A DNA stretch of 64,000 bases from Schizochytrium sp. TIO01 (lineage: Eukaryota; Protista; Bigyra: Labyrinthulomycetes). The notes below the pieces were generated by a model, which made no database searches, was not told the origin of the DNA, and saw only the letters and a program-made list of their open reading frames with translations. Position 1 is the first letter of the stretch. Every line of letters begins with the position of its first letter. The DNA is taken from the NCBI GenBank assembly GCA_004764695.1, contig SMSO01000025.1, positions 3,038,001 to 3,102,000 of the forward strand. Direction: 5' to 3'. Of this stretch, positions 23,430-34,648 are shown one piece after another. The position numbers and the translations under genes are program-made.

Positions 23430-24293
23430 ATGACAGGTGGACCCCGGAAGCTTCTAGATGCGTACAAGAACTTCATCTTAGACTGTGATGGCGTGCTATG
23501 GCACTCTGCGTCTGCGATCGCTGGTAGTGTTGAGGCTGTGGCTCGTATGAAGAAGGAGGGCAAGCGCGTGGTTTTTGTCACCAACAACTCAACCAAGTCC
23601 CGCCAGGCGTACCTCGACAAGTTTAACTCGCTTGGATTCCATGGCGTCGAGCTCTCCGATATCAACACTGCTGGATCTGCTGCAGCAGAACTCTGCAAGA
23701 AGGCTAATGTTAGCAAGGTCTTTTGCATTGGTGAAACTGGGCTCGTAGAGGAGTTCAAGGCTCTTGGCATCGAAGTCATCCGTGATAATGGGGGAGTGAG
23801 CATGGACGATGAGGAGTTTGAGAAGACCAAGCTCGAGGAAAACACACAAGCCGTCGTGGTTGGATGGGATCGTTCGTTTTCTTTCCACAAGCTTGCCATG
23901 GCCTCTCTTTATGTGCAAGCTGGTGCCCGTCTCATCGCCACGGGCATGGACCCCAGTGATGTGGTTGGCGGCCGTGCGATGCCTGGTAATGGCTGTGTCG
24001 TGTCTGCAATCCAGTATAGCTTGGACGACCCTAATGGCGAGAAGACTACTGTTGCTGGCAAGCCAAACCCGGAACTAATGGCCAATCTTTTGGAAAAGTA
24101 TGGTTTTGACGGTGCTGAGACAATTATGGTTGGCGACCGCCTTGACACGGACATTAAGTTTGCCGAGGGTAAGGCAAGCAGCCTGCTGGTCCTGAGTGGC
24201 TGCACCCCTCTAGATGAGCATGAGTCTCGCACAGATATCAAACCAACCTATGTTGCCGACGATCTTGCTTCTGCATTGGACAAGGAGATCTGA
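23430..24293 (+). CDS. HAD-IIA phosphatase (phosphoglycolate / 4-nitrophenyl phosphatase family)
   Basis: HAD motifs ILDCDGVLW, FVTNNSTKSR, GKP and MVGDRLDTDI. Start placed at tcaagATG (23430) rather than the upstream GTG used by the ORF track. Confidence 0.92.
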   Translation: MTGGPRKLLDAYKNFILDCDGVLWHSASAIAGSVEAVARMKKEGKRVVFVTNNSTKSRQAYLDKFNSLGFHGVELSDINTAGSAAAELCKKANVSKVFCIGETGLVEEFKALGIEVIRDNGGVSMDDEEFEKTKLEENTQAVVVGWDRSFSFHKLAMASLYVQAGARLIATGMDPSDVVGGRAMPGNGCVVSAIQYSLDDPNGEKTTVAGKPNPELMANLLEKYGFDGAETIMVGDRLDTDIKFAEGKASSLLVLSGCTPLDEHESRTDIKPTYVADDLASALDKEI

Positions 24294-25570
24294 TTTAGAG
24301 GTCGAGAGGTCGATTTCGTTTATTTTGGAGAAACGAGCACACTAAATAAAGTAGGAGAGTTGACAGTAGATTCAGTACCAGCTGATTTTCAGCACTTATT
24401 TGATGACTGCATGTGCGGACCGAACTAGCGAAAAATACACTAGTCCAAGGGGTGAGTATGATTTTCATTTTAGCTTACTGAAAATGAAAGAGACTTGTTC
24501 ATTGCATACTGGCATTTGCCTAGGGTATATCTTTGTTACCCTTTGTACCTTTACATACACACATCCACTTCATTATTCTATGTTGATTGCGACAAGAATG
24601 CCAACCTTTTTCGTCATCTACACATGCAGGCAAGCAAATTGGACACCTTCCAGCACTACATACATTAAAAAAAGACTATGATAGTTAAGTTTTATGTTTT
24701 TTAAAGGCTCTGCCTGATTTACAATTAGATAGAGTTTGTCGACCCAGATAAAGTATTCCATAGATTTGATCCTGCGTCTTCTTAATCCATACGACATAGC
24801 ATATTCAAAGAGAAGGTTAATTGCAAGAACGTGGGGATTTATAAAAGTGGACACCTATGCGCTCTTACGAAACGGAATATTCGAAAGACCGAAGAATAGC
24901 ATAAACTCATGCCATTAAACAAGCAAACAATCAGTCCATATAAAAAAGAAAACAAAAAAAACGAATTTCATAGAGCTAACCTAGCTAAAAGGAATAGATC
25001 ATGAAGAACGAACGCTGTGAATATGAAGAATGAATGTTAATAGCTTCTTCGCCGTCAACGCGAGACAAGGCCTGACACTCAAGCAGACCTGTCCTTAAAA
25101 GCCAAGGCACCAGGCTGGTATAGCAACTCGCCAGCTCAGTCCCGTTCCTGAAACTTTCTTTTGCAGCAGACCTTGTTCCTTCGCACATCTACATGAATAA
25201 GAAGTACAATGACGACAGACTTGTAAACGACAACAACGTAGACTGAAGGGCTAAATCAGCAAGCAAAGAAGGTGAGTCCAGGTCAAAGTTTTTGATTTCG
25301 CCCGGGATCCCAGATGCCAGACAAGACAAGCAAGCCGAAGCTCCGAACACCTACAGAAATATCTGGCAAGGTCTTCGATCAGAGCTTTGCAATTTTGTCT
25401 TTGTCTACTCCAGGATCTGTATCCAACCGATTTCTGCGATGGTATTCTCACCTTCATCTTAATCTCGCTCTCAGTTGAAAACATGCAAAAAAGAAACGAA
25501 GGCAAATGTTGTTGAGACATACCCAATTGAGAGGGGCGGTTAGAAGAGCGCGGATAGAATCTTCGGAAAC

Positions 25571-26092
25571 TTAGAAGCGGCGGCTCTTGGGTGCCTGGTT
25601 CTGAGCTCCGACGCCGCGGGGGCCAGCCACAGAGCCACCTGCGGCCTTCTTGGCGGCGACGGCCTTCTTGGCCTTAGCAGCAGCAACAGCCTTGTTCTGG
25701 GCCTTGGTGAAGGTACCAGGCACGAACGCGGGGTTCTTCTGCTTAATGGCGCGCTCAATCTTCTTAATGACCATGGAGTTGGGGATGGCCTTGCCAGCCT
25801 CGTAGTCCTGGATGATGGTGGCCTTGAGGTTGCAGGCAGTGGCGAGGTCCTTCTGCGTCAGACCTGCCTTCTGGCGCTCCAGCTGGAGCATCTTCTTGAG
25901 CTCCTGAGAAACCTTGGCGTTGGCAAAGGTCTCAGAGTCCTCCTCAAGCTTCACGGCGTTGGAGCCGCCCGATGCCTGAGCGTTTCCGCCAGCGCCGAAC
26001 TTCTTCTCAGTGTCCAGCTGGCCCGCACGAGCCGCAGACACCTTGCTGGGCGCCTTGGACCAAGTCACACTCTCCCAATCCTGGTGATCCAT
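25571..26092 (-). CDS. MBF1: Multiprotein bridging factor 1 (MBF1/EDF1) with basic C-terminal extension
   Basis: N-terminal QDWE-V motif, EKKFGAGGN, KLEE, and the HTH TQKDLATACNLKATIIQDYEAGKAIPN...KIERA. tcaagATG start context. Confidence 0.93.
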   Translation of the reverse strand: MDHQDWESVTWSKAPSKVSAARAGQLDTEKKFGAGGNAQASGGSNAVKLEEDSETFANAKVSQELKKMLQLERQKAGLTQKDLATACNLKATIIQDYEAGKAIPNSMVIKKIERAIKQKNPAFVPGTFTKAQNKAVAAAKAKKAVAAKKAAGGSVAGPRGVGAQNQAPKSRRF

Positions 26093-26883
26093 CTTGATAC
26101 TTTCCCCAAAGAGTTTCTCTCTGTCAAAGTCTTTGCTCGGGCTCTTCGCTGCTTCCGTTCACTCCGCGCGGATAGATAGGCCGTTCGATCGATCGATCAA
26201 TTGCGGCTCTGCTGACTGACTGACTGTTGATCGACGATGTGCTTTTGTTCTTCTTTTCCGATCGATTGCCCCTATTAATGATACTAATTTACTCTACATC
26301 CTCACCCATCTGCAACCCTACTGGAGCCATAGCCACTCCTACCGTAGCTTTCGCTTTTTCTTTTTCTTTTTCTTTTTCTTTTTCTTTTTTGGCTTCTTCT
26401 TTGCGAAGTAAGTTGAGATTGACTTTGAGAGATGAATTTGGGCCTCGATACCTCTCCGCGTGCCGCCGTCCTCCACGGGCCCCCGGCCTCCCTCGGCGCC
26501 GGCTTGCTGATCCTCCCGCGTACGCCGCCTTCTGCGCTTTGGTTGCCTGCCCAGGCTTCGCCTTCGACCTGAGTGCGGATTGATTTTATGGGGGTTTAGG
26601 ACGGAGACAGTACTGACTAAGAAGGATCATTCATAGTAATTAGCAACAGAGGAGAAGAACGGCACATGAAATCTCGTTGAAAAGCGCTTTCGCGAGGCGT
26701 TATCTATCGCGCGTTCAATTGAGCTGCTGCGGCGTGCGTCCCGCCGGGCGGACGCTGCTCGAGAGCGCCTGAGAGGGTCCCGGATCCCGCTGCGAAGGCT
26801 CCTTCCCTCGCGGCTTTCGACGACTCCGAGTGCTCTGAGTCTCTCTGGCTCCGGCTCGCTCTTTCTGAGGTCCTACTGTATGC

Positions 26884-27133
26884 CCTAGGCAGTCCCTACT
26901 TGCGAGGGTTGAGAAAGGGTTACCGAAAGGGTACCGAAAGGGCGAAATCCTTCGCGAGCCTCGGGGGTCGCGCGGGGTCCGAGTTGATTCCCCGGGAGTT
27001 CTGAGGATGATCCGGCTCTGCTTATTGAGGGATCTTCGGCAGTTCTTGGGTCCATGAGATTTCGCCGATACCCGACGTGCACCCTCGCTGTTCTGCCGTT
27101 CCGCCAGTAACTGATGCGTAGGGTACTCCTAGG
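26884..27133 (+). ncRNA. Candidate structured RNA / fold-back element (unassigned)
   Basis: Nested complementary segments: 26884-26899 with 27118-27133, 26902-26909 with 27081-27088, 26929-26933 with 27069-27073, 26941-26949 with 27058-27066. Inner helices need G-U pairs on the + strand. Confidence 0.3.
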
Positions 27134-27407
27134 AAGGGGAAAGGGTGCTTCTTCTGCACAGTATCTTGGCGCCTTTGTAAAAGATATCTATGTATGTATC
27201 TATGTATGTATGTATCTATGTATCTATGTATATCTTGAGTTGATAATAATGTGATGGAGATAACCAAGAGCGACCAGCACACAAACAGTCTGAGGGCATC
27301 GATGACTAGAGGCCTCTCTTTCTACCTCCCGTAATGGTAGGTTGGGTACCTGCACATTTCAACTGCTGCCAGCGCTGCTTAAGGACGGACACCTACGTAC
27401 TGACTGA

Positions 27408-27438
<31 letters not shown>

Positions 27439-27916
27439 GCTTGCTTACTGGAGAGGTAGGTGGGCACGTAGCCACACTAGAACAGGCCTGCTGCCTACTG
27501 CGCAGCGATAGATTAAGAGACATTGAGTGACTCTTTTTCTTGGATTCTTTGTAATTGGGGCATCGTCGAGGAAGTAGTTCGTAGGTGTCTGAGGTAGGCC
27601 TAAGTGAGGAAGAGGTAAGAGTTATGTATGGTATTCTGTTTTACCTGCCTACCCTGTGTAATAGGTAGCTAGTTAGCTATTCTGTTGATGTTGTTTTTTA
27701 ATTTGTTAATTTATTTAAAATTTAAAGAGAGGCTATCTATCATAGGTAGGTAGGTAGGTGGTAGGTAGGTACCTACGGCGACTACGTACTTAGTAGATAA
27801 TATAGTATTAAATTCCGTGAATTGGTGAGATGTAATCTGTAATTGTAATCACGGTTCGCAGATCCTGAGTTGGCTGTGTTGCGTTCTGAGAAGGGTGTTG
27901 AAGTTGGATTGAGCTG

Positions 27917-28297
27917 ATGTTTGCGATAAGAACAGCTCAGGCGGGTCTCCGCAGGGCTCACCTCGAGAGAAGCCTCTTGCGAAGGTCTCTGGCGGCGGAT
28001 GCCAAGGCTCAGGTCAGGTCTGAAGGTGTAGTGGAGCAGCAGACGACCGCCGCGGCCTCCAGGACAGCTGCTGGAGCAGCTGAGGCTGGCAAGGCGCCGA
28101 CCAAGAACAGGTCTGGCACATCGATCAGCGATGTGCTTATTTTTCTCATCGTAAGTGGAGGATGCACTGCATATCTTGTGAACGAAGTCAAAGATATGGC
28201 GCCACTTCCACCCAAGGGAGCCAAGAAAAAGCCGGCTCCCACGCCTGAGCAGATACAAGAGGCTATCAAGGAGACTGAGCAGGTTGTCGATGAGTGA
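27917..28297 (+). CDS. Small single-pass membrane protein with putative mitochondrial presequence
   Basis: 126-aa ORF. Arg-rich, acid-poor N-terminus (MFAIRTAQAGLRRAHLERSLLRRSLA), one TM (VLIFLIVSGGCTAYLV), coding-like codon use. Confidence 0.65.
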   Translation: MFAIRTAQAGLRRAHLERSLLRRSLAADAKAQVRSEGVVEQQTTAAASRTAAGAAEAGKAPTKNRSGTSISDVLIFLIVSGGCTAYLVNEVKDMAPLPPKGAKKKPAPTPEQIQEAIKETEQVVDE

Positions 28298-29225
28298 ACC
28301 AGCTCTGAAATCATCAAAGCAATCTGGGTTATTGTCTTGCCACGCCATGCCTTGATTTAGGTGCAACGGATGCACCGGGTATTCTACCTTTCCTCTTGAT
28401 TTCGGTTGGCGTCTCGAAATGCAATCTTCTTATTCTTCTTATTCTTTCCCTTTGCCATCAAATGGTTCGCTACTCATGTTGATGCTGCTACGAAGGCGGA
28501 GCTCCTTGGAGTAGTGGCGAAGTACTTGGGTTTCTCACCCTCTAATGATATTTCTCGTAGGTCTGTCAAGGAGTTCAATTTGTGGCTGGTAGACAATGAA
28601 ATCCTCTTCTGCAAGGAAACAAATGTACGTCAGGGTCCCATTCTATCTCGCTTTCTCTTTACCTCGCCATAACTCATGGAAGGCACTATCTAAGTACTTC
28701 AAATGTTGATTGCTGCAACAGTCGAAATCAAGGTTCTTTGGAAAAGGAAAAATAATTTCATTTTGCCATCATCAAAGATGCCCCATCCATGGAGGAACGA
28801 AGGGGCTAACACCCAACATGTTGCCTTTTCTCACTTGTGTGCGTTATAATATACATCATTTTCAGTCTTTTGTATTGATAATCATCATTAACGTCTTCAT
28901 CTACATCCAAGATCTCGAAATTTCAGCATGAAAGGGACAGGGACAGTGCAAACAAGAAAAGCAAAGAAAAAAAGTAGGTAGCAGCGCAACAGATATTCTG
29001 AAATTAAAATTCATGAGAATATGCAGTTTAATTTAAACCCTTCTCTATCATTATGGAAGATTCAAAAGGACAAACTTATGAGCTCATGCCATGATGACAG
29101 CAAGCTTTCATGTCTATTCGAAGTAAAATCAAAGAAGAAAATATGTAAAAATTAATCACATTTACATTTACTATATGCTATCCTCATTGCGTAAATACAT
29201 ACCTTTCATAATTTTTTTCGCTTTG

Positions 29226-30596
29226 TTAGACTTGAGAAAGTGTGTTCTTGGCGTAAGACAGACTATCTAAACTCTGCATAGTCTGGACAGGAGGTGCATA
29301 TGCTCCATGTTCCCTAGAAGTTGTAGTTTGTACATTGGATTTGCCAGCTTCATCATTATTTTCGCGCGGCTTAAACACAAACAGGATGATTCCAGAAATC
29401 GTAATAAGGATACCCACCACAAATAGAGATATCTCTGGAGCTGAAAAGTCATCGAACTCGCCGTAGTATAGGGCACCCATGGTAACTGAAGACAGAATAT
29501 ACATTGCATTATACAATGGGAATACCAGAATAGCATCGTAGCGAGACATGCCCTTATTCAGCATACTGAGCTGTGAAATCGCAAGCACCAAAGTAACAAC
29601 GATAAACACGTAAGGATACCATGTTGACCATGCAGACTTTCCCTCCTCGCTATCGTCAAAGACAGAGCTTTTCATCAAGACGCCTACACTTTTAAAAAAG
29701 ATGTTCTGGAGAGCTCCAAGGCCTCCGGCAACAAAGCCATAATAAAAGGGACGCATAGCAAAGTTTGCATATTCGAGTCCTTTCGCGCACCTTTTAAGAG
29801 AGCACCTTTTCTCAGGCGGTTCTGGATCAGTTACCGCGACATGTGTGCCTGTATTGACAGTGAGCTTCCAAAGTTTACGCGGGGGTACGTTTGAATCCTC
29901 GAGGTCTTGGTCGTGCACGACGCTTGATTGGCCACCTGCATCATCAGTGTCATATTGAGAATCCGAATCATATTGAGAATCAGTATCAAGCTCCTCATGC
30001 TCGTATGATAAGCTTGGAGCAGTTCGATGTCCGGGGTATATTTCGAGGTTTGTAGTAGTTGTCTTCTGCTGCGGCTGCTTTAAAGGGTCTGTCATCATCA
30101 AGGAAGCAGTCATAACAATCATAATCACACATAAGGCCAACCCACCAGAAATAAATGCAGAAGATTTAAACGCATGCAAGAGATCTTGTAGAACATAAGA
30201 TTCCGAATCATGATTACCGGTAACAGTTGTCATTGTACAGCCGATGAATACAACTACACTTGCGTAGATATCAATGCGATATACCTTTTCTTTGAGGATA
30301 AATGGTGCAAAGAACTGGTTCATGATGAGAGTTAAACCTGCAAATGGAACCACGAGTGATTGTGCAGCAAAGCTATATGCGAAAAAATCAAAAGGAAACG
30401 GGAAAAGGCCCATCATGATAAATGATGCCCACCAGCAAGGCGAGCATACAATGCCTAACATAACCGGGTACTTTTGATCATTTGGGAGTTGCTGATTCTG
30501 ATTGTGTGCATACTTTTGAAATATTAGCCCAAGACAACTCAAGATCGAGCTTGCAATACTAAAGGAGACGCCGATGACCCAATCATATTCTCCCAT
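29226..30596 (-). CDS. NIPA-family (DUF803) magnesium transporter
   Basis: IGV...SSILSCLGLIFQKYAH, AYSFAAQSLVVPFAGLTLIMNQFFAPFILKEKV and QLSMLNKGMSRYDAILVFPLY...G.LYYGEF are characteristic NIPA motifs; about 9 TMs. Confidence 0.9.
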   Translation of the reverse strand: MGEYDWVIGVSFSIASSILSCLGLIFQKYAHNQNQQLPNDQKYPVMLGIVCSPCWWASFIMMGLFPFPFDFFAYSFAAQSLVVPFAGLTLIMNQFFAPFILKEKVYRIDIYASVVVFIGCTMTTVTGNHDSESYVLQDLLHAFKSSAFISGGLALCVIMIVMTASLMMTDPLKQPQQKTTTTNLEIYPGHRTAPSLSYEHEELDTDSQYDSDSQYDTDDAGGQSSVVHDQDLEDSNVPPRKLWKLTVNTGTHVAVTDPEPPEKRCSLKRCAKGLEYANFAMRPFYYGFVAGGLGALQNIFFKSVGVLMKSSVFDDSEEGKSAWSTWYPYVFIVVTLVLAISQLSMLNKGMSRYDAILVFPLYNAMYILSSVTMGALYYGEFDDFSAPEISLFVVGILITISGIILFVFKPRENNDEAGKSNVQTTTSREHGAYAPPVQTMQSLDSLSYAKNTLSQV

Positions 30597-32060
30597 GGTT
30601 TCCTCAGATTTTCCTGTTCATGCATATGAAAAAGCCAATGCAATGCGCTTGTAGTATAGATACCAAACTGTCGAGCCTTTGGTTGTATTGCCCTACACAG
30701 AGTCGCACCTCCACGCGACCCTGTTGATGGACTGCAAGGCTCGCGTTTTGCTCTTGCCACCTTTGCATGTGGTTCTCCGACCTCAAGATTTCAGCATAGT
30801 CACTGTATTCTCTGTATACTCTAGCCATAGATGGAATACGTCGCTCTCTGAACAATAGTGCACTTACACATTGCTACTCCGCGTCGTTTTTATGAGGCAG
30901 CGCGGATACAACATAGGCTCTTTTTTTTCTTCTTTTTTACTACAAGAACGACTTGTATCCTTACTACTACTAGAACTCTGTTTAAAGAGGTTCCTCTTAC
31001 TCCAGGCTCTGCAGAAGAAGAGCAAGTTTTTCTTGACTCCCAAGATGATAGACAGTTGATAGTATAGGAATTTCTCTATCAAGGCTCGCTCGAGACTGAA
31101 AGATTGCTGCTGACTGGACGCAGGCTCAACCCACACTCCGACGCATATAATAGAGAAAGGGATTGAATTGTTCCTTCATTGCAGATCCCACCTCGAAGGA
31201 ATTGTAACAGTAAGGTGTGTACCAGATCTAAAGCGTGATAAATAGTTGCCAATTTCCTGAAGATGCCGTAGAAAATTCTCAGCTTGCGTTTGGCTGCTAG
31301 TGTGCGTGAGTAAGCAACGCGCTGTCCATTGCTAGGAGAACAATAGGTAAAACTATCACCTTTATGTTTAATCATATTCGACATACCATCATCATGGTTG
31401 AGATGGAGCGTGAAAAAGTAATTTAAAATGTCGTAGTTCTGTAGAGAGAGTATATTGGCTATTGCAAACTGGATTGCATAATATTGTCCACTGAGAAGAA
31501 ATGAGGGTAGAATTCATAATGCAGGTGACCCCTTCAATGGTTGATCCCATGTATGTACCTCTTTTCACGACTGGCAAGCAACGAAGAAAGTGCTAATAAG
31601 ATGCGAAGAAATTCCCTAGATTCTTAGCTGCGTCCGAAAGATCCGTTTCGTGTTAAGATAGCCTTTCTCCGCGCTGAGTAAAAAAAAGACAAGTATGAGA
31701 TCAGCCAGCTGTGCGCCAGGCCATAATGCAAGGGTTGAGTCGAGACGAGAACGTTGGATTATAGTCGTACGATCAGGCGCTTGTAGGCACCAAACATGAT
31801 CTATTTGCTTGTTAAAAGAGAGATAGATGTGAAGAATGTGACATCTGATTCGATTGTAAGTTTTAATTTATTCTTTTTTTTTTTTAACTTTGGGAGAGAA
31901 AAAAAGGAAAAGGCCACATGTGCACAAATATCAGCACGTGCTGCCAGCATATTATATTGTTTAAAAAAATAAATGAGAGGAAGAATAGCTTAAGTCACAG
32001 TAGCAAGCAATTATTTCTTTCTTTCGACACTCGAAGTAACATGGAACGTTGCAGTGCTTA

Positions 32061-33554
32061 TTAGAAGTCAGCCATTTGTGGGATCTCTGAGGCACATGCA
32101 AATGGTCCTGCATCGTCGATATGTGATTCAATTATGGTCATGATGACAGCAGCCAGACCGCCAACAAAGAGAATTGCAGAGTATAAAATAATTGCAGCAT
32201 AAATGCAATGCTGCAGCGTAGAAGTAGTTTGCTTTGCACGCCGCCTTGCATACATAATACCTACCAGAGGGAAGACATACGCGAGACAAACAGTGAGGCT
32301 TCCTATTAGGCTTACAATTTGATCGAACACTGGGACTGCATTGGCAATAAACAATGTAGAGATAACTACACTAAAAGTAACAAGAAACCAGTCAAGCCGT
32401 CCTCGGAAGTCTGTGTCATTGATAGTCTCCTGAGCAAACTTTCGATGCAAAAGTCGTGCTAACACTTGGCCTTGAATGAGAAAGCTTACAACAAAATGAA
32501 CGAAGAGTAGTCCGGAGGCAACTCGAAACTTCACATCACGTTTCATATACAGGACAATGAGCTCGTCACTTTCTTTCCCTAAATGGTAATACCCAATGCC
32601 GCCGATTGTGAAATATGTAACAAGTTGCATAGGAACAGAGAGCAGAAACGCCTTGTTGAACGACCCGGGGTCCGACATTTCTGAAATAAACTGCAGTGTC
32701 AGATGTGTGTTCATGTAAGAGAAGGAGAATTTTGAGAGTGAGTTGAACACACTTACCCAGTTTAGGTCAGGAGGAACAATGTAAGTCTTGGCAGAAGACT
32801 TATCAATGTTTTGAATGAATGAAGCGAGGATGATTCCTATAGAGATATAGAAGGTGAACAGATTGAGCCAGAGGAGCCAGCTCAGTGATGACAGATTCCG
32901 AAGTTGCATGAGTGGAAGCACAACGAGACAAGCAATGATGCCCCAGACAATGCGGCAAAGTTGCGTATTATCAAAAAACACGTATTGCAGTGTTGAACTC
33001 ATGAGCAGAACAAAGGCTGAATTGGTGAGAAAAAGATAGATGTTCTGCAATAGGTCCACGAATCCATTGTACACGGTATTAGGTACAACAAGCTTCGATA
33101 ATAGCACAATGCCATGCGCACCAGGAACTAGTGCACTGGCTTCGTGGAGCTGTCGTGCACAATACATATTGAGCATGCAGCAAAAAATTCCAAAAAAGAT
33201 GGACATGGCCCACCCTAATCCTGCAAAAGCAGAAGCCATGGAGAGCACACCCGCACCAATCGTGGAGCCCAATTGCAACCATGCCACCAAGACCCAAGAG
33301 GCATGTCGTGGAGGCCCCATGTTCATTTCTAGGACCTCGTCCTGCGTAAAATGGTCTGTGGGCTGCGACGCATCAAAGCTTGACCTTGAAGCCATGATTG
33401 GTGTCCTTGAAGAACTCCTTGGTTGGTCTTCACGCGAAATCAGGCCAGCATTTTCACAATTTCCACCATTTTCTCCGCCAGAGGGCTGAATTGGCCTTAA
33501 CATTTCATGAACTTCCTCATCTCCAACTCCATTCGGAGAATTTCTGAGAGACAT
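32061..33554 (-). CDS. Amino-acid/auxin permease (AAAP, Aa_trans) family transporter
   Basis: IGAGVLSMASAFAGLGW, LPLMQLRNLSSLSWL, FSY...EMSDP.SF.KA, IGGIGYY.LG and P.FDQIVSLIGS motifs; about 11 TMs. Confidence 0.9.
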   Translation of the reverse strand: MSLRNSPNGVGDEEVHEMLRPIQPSGGENGGNCENAGLISREDQPRSSSRTPIMASRSSFDASQPTDHFTQDEVLEMNMGPPRHASWVLVAWLQLGSTIGAGVLSMASAFAGLGWAMSIFFGIFCCMLNMYCARQLHEASALVPGAHGIVLLSKLVVPNTVYNGFVDLLQNIYLFLTNSAFVLLMSSTLQYVFFDNTQLCRIVWGIIACLVVLPLMQLRNLSSLSWLLWLNLFTFYISIGIILASFIQNIDKSSAKTYIVPPDLNWVSVFNSLSKFSFSYMNTHLTLQFISEMSDPGSFNKAFLLSVPMQLVTYFTIGGIGYYHLGKESDELIVLYMKRDVKFRVASGLLFVHFVVSFLIQGQVLARLLHRKFAQETINDTDFRGRLDWFLVTFSVVISTLFIANAVPVFDQIVSLIGSLTVCLAYVFPLVGIMYARRRAKQTTSTLQHCIYAAIILYSAILFVGGLAAVIMTIIESHIDDAGPFACASEIPQMADF

Positions 33555-34648
33555 TTTGATGAGGCCTGTGAATAAAGTCTTCTTGCAAGTTTGTTTATAA
33601 ATGTTCTCCTGCGACTGGAAGCTTCTTTTCTAGTTTAAGGTCAATGCCTTTTAAGCCAATCAAGAGCTTTGCTGACCCAAAGGAAATACGAGAGCCTTTC
33701 TTCAGAGTCTAGCACACGTAGGTTCTTTAGTCTATCACCAGTTCTGATGCCTTTTTCGAAAGAATCAACTCCAACCAAGCCTCGTCAGGAAATCAGGATC
33801 AAGACAGTGCAACTAATCTATTGGTTTCCTTCCATCCACTTAACTCGACACAGCTTGCCGCTACGTCTTTAAACCAGCTCTGCCACTGCAATTTGCAGGT
33901 CTCTGCGACGGCAATTCACTGGGCAGAGTCCTCGGGAATTGCCTTGCGGATGAAGGCTGTCTTTGTACTTGAGAGTCAATCAAGCAGCCCATAGCTACCT
34001 ACCTACCTTCGTATGGCGGAGTAAAGTACTCAGTTCCCTTAAAAAAAGGCGATTAGCCATGGCCTAATTGATTCTTCAGCTTGAAGTTGTCTCTAGATAA
34101 TGGTAATGATTATCTTCGTCCTGTGTCCTTTCAGATCATGGAGTCTCAGTTAGTCATCAGCAAGATGAGCGAATGAAGATCAGCAGGCGCCTCAACTTGG
34201 ACGTAGAGAATAGAGAAACCTACGTAGATTGTCAAAATCGAATAGAGAGATAGAGACCCCGAAGAAGGAGAACGAGAAGAAGATGATAGACAAAAACAGC
34301 TTGCTAGCTTCAATTTAGATGCTGTTCTTAAAGTTGGCCTTAAGATACTCTTAGGTAACTTATAGTGTTCGCGATGGGCTTCAGAAAAGACTTTAGAAGA
34401 ACAGGAGGTGATCTTCAGCTGCGCATTGCGGGGCAGCTCAGAGCAGATCGCTTTTGACGCTGGTTTTATCGTCGCGGTGATTGCTTTAGGATTGCGAAGG
34501 GCGCGGAGTTGTTTGCTGAGACTTGGTGCGAGTGACTAGCACAGAAGGTTTTGAATAGTTTGATTGACTGGAAAGAGATTGTGAGTCTCGCTCGAGGCCT
34601 TCCTTCTAGACAAAAGGTTTACTCGTAATTGACGAAGTTGACCGAACG

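Noticed and set aside
26606-26660. GACAGTACT...AGGATCATTCATAG resembling the U3 snoRNA 5' end (GAC box, boxes A'/A)
   Set aside because: Box A lacks the conserved UUCU, and no box B, C or D with a closing stem was found downstream. Probably chance; cmscan would settle it.
27001-27007. CTGAGGA plus nearby CGAAA as a hammerhead ribozyme core
   Set aside because: Stem II cannot form between the bases after CUGAGGA and those before any GAAA.
28476-28677. Minus-strand 54-nt intron-like segment (GTAAAG...CTGAC...TTGCAG, 28662-28609) giving a ~49-aa spliced ORF
   Set aside because: The product is short and featureless. It could be UTR or chance, and needs RNA evidence.
30604-30855. 83-aa ORF ending 7 bp upstream of the NIPA start (possible readthrough or uORF)
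   Set aside because: Out of frame with NIPA, non-ATG first codon, and NIPA is complete from its own ATG.
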